This document shows, piece after piece, positions 47,175 through 55,440 of a stretch of DNA of 64,000 nucleotides; positions within the stretch are counted from its first letter, which is position 1, and every line of letters starts with the position of its first letter. Source of the stretch: Opitutaceae bacterium (GTDB taxonomy: Bacteria; Verrucomicrobiota; Verrucomicrobiia; Opitutales; Opitutaceae); the NCBI GenBank assembly GCA_003151495.1, contig PLXR01000042.1, positions 84,523 to 148,522 of the forward strand. Reading direction: 5' to 3'. The translations under genes and the position numbers were made by a program. The notes under the pieces are model-generated. The model saw only the letters and a list, made by a program, of their open reading frames with translations. It ran no database searches and was not told where the DNA came from.

Positions 47175-49193
47175 TTAGGGGTTTCCCTGGATCTGCGCAA
47201 GGATTTGCCGAGTGGTGTCGTTCGGGGGCCGGACCTGGAGGTAGGCCTCGACCTGGCGGAACGCCTCGTTCCGGCCGTCCGGAACGCCGAGGAGCGCGAT
47301 CGCAAGGTTGAGCCGGATCTCCGCGAAGCCGGGCATGAGCCGTATCGCCTCCTTGTACTGTTCGACCGCCTCCTCGGGCCGCCCCTGGGCGTTCAGCGCC
47401 AGCCCGAGGTTGTTGCGCACCTCGGCGCTCCCGGGGTTCAGGCGCAGCGCCTCCCCGTACTCCGCGATCGCGTCGTTCAGGCGGTCCCGGGACTCGGAGT
47501 ATGCGTCACCCAGGTTTGCGTGGGACTCGGGAAGGTCGGGCCTTAGGCGGACGGCCTCCTCGTACTGGGCAATGGCCTCCCCCAGGTGGCCGGGCTCCTT
47601 CAGGAACGCCGTCCCCAGGTTGTTGCGGGCCGCGACGAACTCGGGCTGCAGGCGCACCGCCTCCCGGAACTCGGCGATCGCCTCGGCGGATCGGCCGGGC
47701 CGGGCGGCGAGCGCGGCGCCCAGGTTGTTGTGGGCCTCGGCGAGATCCGGCTTCAGGCGGATCGCCTCCCGGAACTCGGCGATCGCCCGGTCGGCCTCCC
47801 CGCGGTCCCCGTAGCACAGGCCGAGGTTGTTGTGGGCCTGGGGATATCCCGGCCTCGAGCGGAGCGCCTCCTGGAACTGGGTGACCGCCTTTCCAGGGTC
47901 CCCGTGGTCCCGGTACCACACGCCGAGGCCGTCGCGGGCCATCCAGCAGTCCGGGTTCTCCGCGAGGGTCGCCTGGAAGAGCGTGCGCGCGTCCAGGAAT
48001 GTCCCGCTCTGCGCGTTGGCGACGAGGGCGAGGACGGCGACCCCCGAGGCCGCGAGCGCCCAGCCGAGAGCCTGGAGCCCCGGGGCCGCCCGGCCGATCA
48101 GGATTGCGAGGCCCGCGGAGGCCGCCGCGATGATGCCGAGCGTCGCCTGGTACTGGAAATGGTCGGCCACGTACGAGAAGAGGAAGGGGTAGACGTTGAA
48201 GAAGCCGAGCGCCGGGAAGAGCGTGCCGGCGAAGAGGAGCCACGCGGCCAGGGGGCCGCGCGAGCGCCGGCGCACGAGCCAGAGGACCACGGTCAGAGCG
48301 AGCGCCGCGGCGAGGTACGGGGCCCAGCCGCCGGCCTGGGCGCGCACGTCCCACCGGGGATAGATGAGGGCCAGGGGGGACGGCCAGAGGAGCTTTCCCA
48401 GGTAGAACCAGAGAGCGCGCCCGGCGAGGAGGCAGCGCTCGACAAGCGTCAGGTCGAACGCGGCGCCCTGCGCGCCCCCGATCGTGCGCTCCACCCACGA
48501 GGTGAGGAGGCCGCTGGCCGCGGCCGCCGCGAACCACGGTACGAGGGGGGCCGCGTCCCTGCGCCACGAGAGGGCGCCCCTCTCCCACCAGAGGACGACG
48601 AGGAGCGCCCCGGGAAGCGTCGCGGTCACCGACTTGGTCAGGAGCGCCATGACAAAGAGCGCCGTGGCGAGCCCGTAGGCCCTCGCCGCATGCGCCGTCC
48701 CCCGCTCGCGGTCGAAGCGGAGGTAGGCCATCGCCGATAGGAGGTAGAAGGCCAGGGAGAGCGTGTTCTTCTGCTCGGAGATCCAGGCGACGGACTCGAC
48801 GCAGACCGGGTGGACTGCGAAGAGGATGCCCGCGAGGCGGGCTCCGGGGACGCCGAGACGCTGGAGGATGAGGACCAGGAGGAAGGCGCAGAGCGCGTGC
48901 AGGAGCACGTTGGCGAGGTGGTAGCCGACGGTCGCGTCCCCCCAGGCGATGTGCTCGAGCCAGAACGCGCTGTGAAGGAGCGGGTAGTACTGCTGCGTGG
49001 CGTGGAAGTCGGTCCATATCCTCCACAGGCCCCCAAGGGACTGGAGGCCCGGCCGGGTGATATGGGCATCGTCGTCCCAGACACGTGCGCCCCCGAGGGC
49101 GGGCCAGTAGACGACGAGGCTGACTCCGAGGATCGCGGATGCGGTCAGCCAGGGGTTGTCCCGGGGCGTTGGGGATGTGCGCGGGCCCTCCAT
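47175..49193 (-). CDS. TMTC-like polytopic membrane protein with C-terminal TPR repeats (PMT_2/DUF1736-type putative glycosyltransferase)
   Basis: N-terminal ~430 aa are polytopic, with YHLANVLLHALCAFLL. The C-terminus holds about 7 TPR units (AxxNLGxxxxxxGxxxEAIxxFxEAxRLxP). Confidence 0.85.
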   Translation of the reverse strand: MEGPRTSPTPRDNPWLTASAILGVSLVVYWPALGGARVWDDDAHITRPGLQSLGGLWRIWTDFHATQQYYPLLHSAFWLEHIAWGDATVGYHLANVLLHALCAFLLVLILQRLGVPGARLAGILFAVHPVCVESVAWISEQKNTLSLAFYLLSAMAYLRFDRERGTAHAARAYGLATALFVMALLTKSVTATLPGALLVVLWWERGALSWRRDAAPLVPWFAAAAASGLLTSWVERTIGGAQGAAFDLTLVERCLLAGRALWFYLGKLLWPSPLALIYPRWDVRAQAGGWAPYLAAALALTVVLWLVRRRSRGPLAAWLLFAGTLFPALGFFNVYPFLFSYVADHFQYQATLGIIAAASAGLAILIGRAAPGLQALGWALAASGVAVLALVANAQSGTFLDARTLFQATLAENPDCWMARDGLGVWYRDHGDPGKAVTQFQEALRSRPGYPQAHNNLGLCYGDRGEADRAIAEFREAIRLKPDLAEAHNNLGAALAARPGRSAEAIAEFREAVRLQPEFVAARNNLGTAFLKEPGHLGEAIAQYEEAVRLRPDLPESHANLGDAYSESRDRLNDAIAEYGEALRLNPGSAEVRNNLGLALNAQGRPEEAVEQYKEAIRLMPGFAEIRLNLAIALLGVPDGRNEAFRQVEAYLQVRPPNDTTRQILAQIQGNP

Positions 49194-49249
49194 CCGGGGA
49201 CTCTACCGGGCGCGATTCGCCGGGTTCAATCCCGGCGTGGTGCGCCCCC

Positions 49250-49618
49250 TCAGGTCTCGAGCTGGAACCTCGGGAGGTCGGGCAAGTCGAGGCTGCGGCG
49301 AAGCTGCACGACGAAGGCGAAGTAGCGCTCGGGGTGCTCCTGGCCGCTGTACATCCGCTCGAAGGTCGTGCGCCAGAACTCCGTCCACGTGTCGATGCTG
49401 CCGGGCGGCGGCAGGCCCTTGTACTCGCGCCCCACCTCGGCATCCAGGGCCCCCGAAAGGATCCTCCAGTTCCTCGGGCTGTCGAGGACAAGGACGTTGC
49501 CCTCGGGCTGCCTGCGCGTGTCGAGCCCCGTCAGGGCCCAGGTGGGCACCATGTCCGCGGTGGCGCAGCCGGGCCCGAGGACAAGGAGGGCGAGAATGAT
49601 GATCGCGAGGCGTTTCAT
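49250..49618 (-). CDS. Small secreted/lipoprotein, function unknown
   Basis: MKRLAIIILALLVLGPGCATAD is a signal with Cys. The gene lies 34 nt downstream of the duplicated gene pair and 56 nt upstream of the TMTC-like gene. Confidence 0.6.
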   Translation of the reverse strand: MKRLAIIILALLVLGPGCATADMVPTWALTGLDTRRQPEGNVLVLDSPRNWRILSGALDAEVGREYKGLPPPGSIDTWTEFWRTTFERMYSGQEHPERYFAFVVQLRRSLDLPDLPRFQLET

Positions 49619-49652
49619 GTTTCCGGTCGCGGCGCCGAGCCGCGCCTCGACC

Positions 49653-51050
49653 CTATATCTGGAGCTTTCCGAGGTTCAGTGAGGCAATCCCCTCGACGGG
49701 CTTCCCGCGGGCCAGGGCGGGCTTGAACCGAAGGCTCTTCACCACCGACCTGAGGAAGGGATCCTCTATCGCCCTCGAGCACTGGGCGTCCGCGTAGGGC
49801 TCGTCCGCAAGCCCGTCCTTGGACACCCGCGCGAAGAAGGTGTCGGCATATTTTCCCGCCGCGAGGCGCGTGGGGAGCTCGGCGGGCAGCCTTCCCATCG
49901 CGGCCACCGCGGGCAGCGTCTCGTTCGCGTGGGAGCTAATGTACTCCATCTTTACGTACTCGAAGGCCTCGTCGCGGGTGAGCTCGACCCGCCGGGACGA
50001 GATGTTCGTCGCGATCTCCTGGCCGCGGTCGTAGAGGTGGAGCTGGAAGTCGACCAGCTCGTAGTTGAACGGGAACCCCTCCTCCGTGAAATGGACGTGG
50101 GTCGGGTGGGAGTAGATCGGGTCGAGGGCCTGCGCGTAGACCAGGTTCTGGACGACGCCCGGCTTGCTTCCCGGTGTGCGGAAACGGGTCATCGTGACGA
50201 CATAGGGGGTGTTCAGGGTCCTCGGGGACGCGACATCGAACTCGATGTCCATCGCGTCCATCCCCTCGGTCACCAGCCGCCCCGCGGGCTCGTCGCCATT
50301 CGCGGTCTGGCTTGCCGCCGAGGCGGCGCCCTGCTGAGCGACGGCGATTACTCTCGCCTGCGAAATGGCAGCAGCGGCCGTATACTGTGCGATGAAAGCG
50401 CCGACGTCGGCTCCAGTATAACCACCCTTTGGAACCACATAGGGAGCCCCCTTGGATGATCCCGCTTGGATTCGCAAAGCGGCGTCGCCGAATTGGTTGT
50501 CCGACGCTGCGAAACCGGCCATTGGCCCGAGCGCCTTGTTCGTTGCGGTATCGGCGACGTGCTGGGCGTTCGCCGACACGGCGAGGAGGTCCGCGTTTGT
50601 CGAGGCCGCCTGGGAAAGGCCCCGGGTCAGGAGGACGCTCGGGTCGTTGGCGTAGGAATAGGCGGGCACCCGCCTGAATCCCTCCAGCGTCGCGGCGACC
50701 TCGGTCAGCTTGAGGGAAGGGGTGATCTTGAGGTTGAGCGGCGCCCTCTTTGCCGAGACGACCTCGTCCTTGCCGTTGATGACGATCACCCAGGACGATC
50801 CGATCACGTTGCGGACGGGATAGAGGCTCTTGTCGAGGTTGACCGAGATGTCCGCGCCCATGAAGAGCGTATGGGTCTTGGCCTCGCCGACGACCACCGG
50901 CTCCATGACCACCGGCTTCATGATGACCCGAGGATTGTCACTTGTCTCGGCCTGGGCCCGCAGGGCGAGGACGAGGAGGACGAGGATCGGAAGCGGGAAC
51001 CTGCGCGAAGCGGTCCTGCGAACCGGGCGGGTGGGTGGGTGGGGTATCAT
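49653..51050 (-). CDS. TonB C-terminal-domain-containing exported protein, copy A
   Basis: 465 aa with N-terminal signal/anchor RRFPLPILVLLVLALRAQA. The C-terminal ...LRSVVKSLRFKPALARGKPVEGIASLNL matches the TonB_C pattern (rF.PA..nGkPv). Confidence 0.85.
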   Translation of the reverse strand: MIPHPPTRPVRRTASRRFPLPILVLLVLALRAQAETSDNPRVIMKPVVMEPVVVGEAKTHTLFMGADISVNLDKSLYPVRNVIGSSWVIVINGKDEVVSAKRAPLNLKITPSLKLTEVAATLEGFRRVPAYSYANDPSVLLTRGLSQAASTNADLLAVSANAQHVADTATNKALGPMAGFAASDNQFGDAALRIQAGSSKGAPYVVPKGGYTGADVGAFIAQYTAAAAISQARVIAVAQQGAASAASQTANGDEPAGRLVTEGMDAMDIEFDVASPRTLNTPYVVTMTRFRTPGSKPGVVQNLVYAQALDPIYSHPTHVHFTEEGFPFNYELVDFQLHLYDRGQEIATNISSRRVELTRDEAFEYVKMEYISSHANETLPAVAAMGRLPAELPTRLAAGKYADTFFARVSKDGLADEPYADAQCSRAIEDPFLRSVVKSLRFKPALARGKPVEGIASLNLGKLQI

Positions 51051-51111
51051 GTTCAGTCCGGGGCGTTGCCTTCACTGCATTCTCTGCCTGCTCCGTGCCA
51101 GGCGGCGTGCC

Positions 51112-52509
51112 CTATATCTGGAGCTTTCCGAGGTTCAGAGAGGCAATCCCCTCGACGGGCTTCCCGCGGGCCAGGGCGGGCTTGAACCGAAGGCTCTTCA
51201 CCACCGACCTGAGGAAGGGATCCTCTATCGCCCTCGAGCACTGGGCGTCCGCGTAGGGCTCGTCCGCAAGCCCGTCCTTGGACACACGCGCGAAGAAGGT
51301 GTCGGCATATTTTCCCGCGGCGAGGCGCGTGGGGAGCTCAGCGGGCAGCCTCCCCATGGCCGGCACCGCGGGGAGCGTCTCGTCCCGGTGGGAGCTGATG
51401 TACTCCATCTTTACGTACTCGAAGGCCTCATCGCGTGTGAGCTCGACGCGCCGGGACGAGATGTTCGTCGCGATTTCCTGGCCGCGGTCGTAGAGGTGGA
51501 GCTGGAAGTCGACCAGCTCGTAGTTGAACGGGAACCCCTCCTCCGTGAAATGGACGTGGGTCGGGTGGGAGTAGATCGGGTCGAGGGCCTGCGCGTAGAC
51601 CAGGTTCTGGACGACGCCCGGCTTGCTTCCCGGTGTGCGGAACCGGGTCATCGTGACGACATAGGGGGTGTTCAGGGTCCTCGGGGACGCGATATCGAAC
51701 TCGATGTCCATCGCGTCCATCCCCTGGGTCACCAGCCGCCCGGCGGGTTCGTCGCCATTCTCCGTCTGCGCCAGGGCCGCGTGGGCGACGCCGCCCTCGT
51801 ACATCGCGGCAATCTGCTGGCTGGACATATTCACCAGCATCATGTCGGAGGCTCCGGAAATCACGGGACCGATCTGCCCCGGCACGGCCTTAGCAGGGTG
51901 GGTTATCGCGGGATTGACCATGGCGCCATAGAGCAGCGCCTTGTCCCCGAACTGGTTGTCGGCCCCGGCGAAGGTGGCGGCCGGCCCGAGCGCCTTGTTC
52001 GACACCGTGTCGGCGATGTGCTGGGCGTTGGCGGACACGGCGAGGAGGTCCGCGTTCATCGAGGCCGCCTGGGACAGGCCCCGGGTCAGGAGGACGCTCG
52101 GGTCGTTGGCGTAGGAATAGGCGGGCACCCGCCTGAAGCCTTCCAATGTCGCGGCGACCTCCGTCAGCTTGAGGGAAGGGGTGATCTTGAGGTTGAGCGG
52201 CGCCCTCTTTGCCGAGACGACCTCGTCCTTGCCGTTGATGACGATCACCCAGGACGATCCGATCACGTTGCGGACGGGATAGAGGCTCTTGTCGAGGTTG
52301 ACCGAGATGTCCGCGCCCATGAAGAGCGTATGGGTCTTGGCCTCGCCGACCACGACGGGCTCCATGACGACCGGCTTCATGATGACCCTAGGATTGTCAC
52401 TTGTCTCGGCCTGGGCCCGCAGGGCGAGGACAAGGAGGACGAGGATCGGAAGCGGGAACCTGCGCGAAGCGGTTCTGCGAACCGGGCGGGTGGGAGGGGG
52501 GGGTATCAT
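51112..52509 (-). CDS. TonB C-terminal-domain-containing exported protein, copy B
   Basis: 465 aa. Nearly identical to copy A outside a central ~61-aa segment. Confidence 0.85.
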   Translation of the reverse strand: MIPPPPTRPVRRTASRRFPLPILVLLVLALRAQAETSDNPRVIMKPVVMEPVVVGEAKTHTLFMGADISVNLDKSLYPVRNVIGSSWVIVINGKDEVVSAKRAPLNLKITPSLKLTEVAATLEGFRRVPAYSYANDPSVLLTRGLSQAASMNADLLAVSANAQHIADTVSNKALGPAATFAGADNQFGDKALLYGAMVNPAITHPAKAVPGQIGPVISGASDMMLVNMSSQQIAAMYEGGVAHAALAQTENGDEPAGRLVTQGMDAMDIEFDIASPRTLNTPYVVTMTRFRTPGSKPGVVQNLVYAQALDPIYSHPTHVHFTEEGFPFNYELVDFQLHLYDRGQEIATNISSRRVELTRDEAFEYVKMEYISSHRDETLPAVPAMGRLPAELPTRLAAGKYADTFFARVSKDGLADEPYADAQCSRAIEDPFLRSVVKSLRFKPALARGKPVEGIASLNLGKLQI

Positions 52510-52756
52510 GTTCAGTCCGGGGTCTTGCCTTCACTGCACTCTCTGCCTGCTCCGTGCCAAGCGGCGTGCCCTGTTTCTAACACCCTTTCCCCGAGGATAA
52601 AGCGGAATTGGGCACTTTCGTGTAACCGCCCCGTTACCGGCATAGTGGTTGGGGGTGCCCAGTCTAAGGGGCTGTCGGGCGCGGGGAATTGACGCAGGCA
52701 ACCAACGGCGAGATCGGGTTGGCGCCCGTCCCATCCATGGATTAGCTGGGGAGACG

Positions 52757-53173
52757 ATGAAGCTAGCCGCCACCTCCGGCACCCTTCGGGTGGCCGCACT
52801 GATCGCCCTGCCGGCCGGGGCCCTGGGATCGGTCGGCCTCACGCTTGGCGTGGGCCACCGGAACGATTCCCGAATCCTGGTCCTGCTCTTCGCGGGCTGG
52901 GTGCTTTCGCCGTTCATCGCCGCGGCATGGGGGAGCCTGTCTTCCCGACGCTGGCCGGCATCGGCCCAGGCGGCATTCCACGGCGCGGCGGTGGTCCTCG
53001 CGCTGGGCTCCCTGGCCGCCTACGGGATCGCCGTTTGGGGCGACCTCCGGGTCAAGCCCGCCCTCCCGTTCCTCGTTGTTCCGCTCGTGTCATGGGTGCT
53101 GATCGCGGCATTTGCCCTGGTTTTGAGGTTGAGGAGGGGCGGCATGAAGGCACCGGGCCCTCCCCAGGCATAG
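52757..53173 (+). CDS. Small 4-TM membrane protein, function unknown
   Basis: 138 aa with four hydrophobic helices. ATG at 52757. Confidence 0.55.
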   Translation: MKLAATSGTLRVAALIALPAGALGSVGLTLGVGHRNDSRILVLLFAGWVLSPFIAAAWGSLSSRRWPASAQAAFHGAAVVLALGSLAAYGIAVWGDLRVKPALPFLVVPLVSWVLIAAFALVLRLRRGGMKAPGPPQA

Positions 53174-53189
53174 GGCCCGCGGGGTCCTG

Positions 53190-54635
53190 TCACTCGATCC
53201 CCACGCATCCCCTGACCGAGTCGACCAGCACCTGGGCGTCATAGCCCACGCCCCCCTTGAAGACGGTCTCGACCTTGCGGATCTCCTGGATGGAGGCGGA
53301 CGGGTCGCCGGCCACCACCACGAGGTCCGCAAGCTTTCCCGCCTCGATGGACCCGACGTCCTTGTCCACCCCGAGGAACCGGGCTCCGTTCAGGCTCGCC
53401 ACATGGATCGCCTGCACCGGGCTGAAGCCCGCCTCAACGAGGAGCTCCACCTCCCTGAGGCTCCCGAACCCCGCGATCGCGTTGCCGGCCCCGGTCGGGT
53501 CCGTGCCGGCGACGAGCAGCCCGCCCCGGTCGGAATACACCTTCTCGAGCTTCATCAGGTTCTCGAAGACGGGCGCGAAGCCCGGCGCGCCCTTCCGGTT
53601 GTACCTCGCGTAGCCCGCGAGGTAGTTCTCCCGCGCGGGCTCCGACATCACCTCGAGCTCGCGCGCGCTCAGGAGGGGCCGGCCGGCAACGAACCCCTCG
53701 AACACCGAGAGCGTGGACGTGATCGCGACGCCCTTGCCGATGAGCTTTGCGACCAGGGCGTCGAACCCGGGCGAATCCGCCCTCAGGGTCTCGAGGCTCT
53801 GGTCCATGACGGTCGGCAGCGGGATCTCCCCGACCTTCTTTCCCCTGACGAAGTCCGTCGAGGCGAAGAAGCCGTGCTCCAGGTCGTCGATGCCGAGGTC
53901 CGCGGCCTCGCCGTAGGTCAGCGCACCGATGTGGCCGGTGGCCTTCATGCCGCGCTTGTGGGCCGCGGCGATCGCGGCGCCGGCGACCTCCGGCGTCACA
54001 TGCATGTAGAGCTTGATCGAGGTGAATCCCTGGTCGGCCCAGTAGTTGACCAGGCTTACGGCGTCCTCGGGGCCCGAGACCGCGTGCAGCTGGGCGATGG
54101 GGGAGGGCGGGCCCTCGATGTAGGGGGCGGTCAGGTGGATCCGGGGGCCGGGCATCTCCCCGGCCTCGACCCTGCGGCGGATCTCCATGTCGGCGTAGGG
54201 CTCGACGGAGCCGCCGGTGCGGATCGTCGTGATGCCGCAGGCCAGGTAGAGCCTGGGGAACGAGTAGTCCATCTGGTTCGTGTGGAAGGGGTGGCTGCCC
54301 ACGCGCACGGCGTAGTACATGTGCTCGTGCAGCATCACGAGGCCCGGGATGACCGTCTTGCCCGAAAGGTCGATCACGGTGGCCCCGGCCGGCACGGCCA
54401 CGGAATCCGGGGCACCGAGCGCCGCGATCCGGCCGTCCCTGATGACGATCGTCTGGTCAAGGGACGCGGGGGTGCCGAGCCCGTCGATCACGCGCGCATG
54501 GACGAGCGCGACCACGGGCGCCTTGACCGAAATCTCCGGCCGCGCGTCGGCCGCGCGGAGCGCGGGACAGAGGGCGAGGGCGGCCGCGCCGAGGCTCGCA
54601 AGGATGATGGGAAGGGTCTGGGGGGCTCGGCTCAT
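53190..54635 (-). CDS. Amidohydrolase family protein (secreted, imidazolonepropionase/prolidase-like)
   Basis: Signal peptide MSRAPQTLPIILASLGAAALALCPALRA. VIPGLVMLHEHMYY (HxH metal site) and C-terminal GKLADLVVVAGDP. Confidence 0.88.
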   Translation of the reverse strand: MSRAPQTLPIILASLGAAALALCPALRAADARPEISVKAPVVALVHARVIDGLGTPASLDQTIVIRDGRIAALGAPDSVAVPAGATVIDLSGKTVIPGLVMLHEHMYYAVRVGSHPFHTNQMDYSFPRLYLACGITTIRTGGSVEPYADMEIRRRVEAGEMPGPRIHLTAPYIEGPPSPIAQLHAVSGPEDAVSLVNYWADQGFTSIKLYMHVTPEVAGAAIAAAHKRGMKATGHIGALTYGEAADLGIDDLEHGFFASTDFVRGKKVGEIPLPTVMDQSLETLRADSPGFDALVAKLIGKGVAITSTLSVFEGFVAGRPLLSARELEVMSEPARENYLAGYARYNRKGAPGFAPVFENLMKLEKVYSDRGGLLVAGTDPTGAGNAIAGFGSLREVELLVEAGFSPVQAIHVASLNGARFLGVDKDVGSIEAGKLADLVVVAGDPSASIQEIRKVETVFKGGVGYDAQVLVDSVRGCVGIE

Positions 54636-54810
54636 GGGATTCCTGGGATTTGGGTTCGGGCTCCGGGTCGTCGGGCCCGGCGGTTCGCGTCGGAGACCCT
54701 GCCTCCGGCGGGCCGCGTTGTCCATCCCGGGGTGCCCCCGGCCCCGCGGCGAGGAAACGGATTGCCACCGGCTGGGGCGCGGCCGAGTCTCGCCGATCAG
54801 GAAATCCACA

Positions 54811-55440
54811 ATGTCGGCATCCCCTACAAGCGCGGGCCGGGTCGACCTTGGCGCCGAGCCCCATCTGTTCCGGGCCCCCGTGGTGATCCTTGCGGGGGGC
54901 GCCGACCGGGAGGGCAGCGCCTCCATCGAGGCCGCGCGGCGGCTCTACCTCGCGTGCTTCTCCGGGTTCACCGGGACCCTGGTCTCCGGGGGCACGCTCT
55001 CGGGCGTCGCGGGCCTGGCCGGCGAGCTGACGGCCGCCTATCCGCAGATCACCTCCATCGGCTACATCCCCGAGAGGCTGCCGGCGAGCGCGCGGCGCGA
55101 CGAGCGGTACTCCAGGTTCCGGACGTCCCCGACGGACACGTTCACCGTCGCGGAACCGATGCAGTCGTGGGCCGACATGCTCCTTTCGGGCGTGGACCCC
55201 CGGTCGGTCTCGCTGCTCGGGTGGGGAGGCGGGGCGATCGCCGCGCAGGAGTACCGGGTGGCGCTCGCGCTCGGGGCGCGCGTGGGGCTCGTCGAGGGCA
55301 GCGGCCGGTCCGCGGGCGACCTCCTCGCCGACCCCGCGTGGGCGGGCTCCCCCAACCTTTACCGCCTGCCCGCGGTGGCGGCCGCCCTCCGGGCGTTTAT
55401 CCTGCCGGAGCTGCGCGACAGGGGAGGGAAGCCGACGTGA
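54811..55440 (+). CDS. SLOG/LOG-like Rossmannoid protein (possible LSDAT-type ligand sensor)
   Basis: 209 aa. It reads strand-loop VVILAGGA, Gly-rich loop LVSGGTLSGVAGLAGE, IGYIPE, then LLGWGGGAIAAQEYRVAL (compare LOG PGGxGTxxE) and VGLVEGSGRSAGDL. The stop overlaps the next gene's start. Confidence 0.65.
   Translation: MSASPTSAGRVDLGAEPHLFRAPVVILAGGADREGSASIEAARRLYLACFSGFTGTLVSGGTLSGVAGLAGELTAAYPQITSIGYIPERLPASARRDERYSRFRTSPTDTFTVAEPMQSWADMLLSGVDPRSVSLLGWGGGAIAAQEYRVALALGARVGLVEGSGRSAGDLLADPAWAGSPNLYRLPAVAAALRAFILPELRDRGGKPT

Larger units (their letters stand above)
49651..52572 (-). repeat. Tandem direct duplication (~1459-bp unit x2), each comprising a complete gene plus its 61-bp upstream leader
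   Basis: The offset between identical landmarks is 1459 bp (stops at 49653 and 51112, starts at 51050 and 52509). The upstream leaders GTTCAGTCCGGGG..TTGCCTTCACTGCA.TCTCTGCCTGCTCCGTGCCA.GCGGCGTGCCC are also duplicated. Confidence 0.95.

Noticed and set aside
49651-52572. Considered whether the tandem paralogues are a diversity-generating retroelement target/template pair, a phase-variable invertible element or a CRISPR-like repeat.
   Set aside because: There is no reverse transcriptase, recombinase or inverted repeats nearby. The cassette differences are wholesale rather than adenine-specific. The repeat is a 1.46-kb direct gene duplication, not short repeat-spacer units.
53403-55436. First ~678 codons of the 1281-aa plus-strand ORF (53403-57248).
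   Set aside because: This part runs antisense to the well-supported amidohydrolase gene (53190-54635) and then out of frame with the SLOG-like gene. Its translation is Arg/Gly/Pro/Asp-rich low complexity, typical of GC-rich shadow frames. Only the portion from the GTG at 55437 has recognisable domains.
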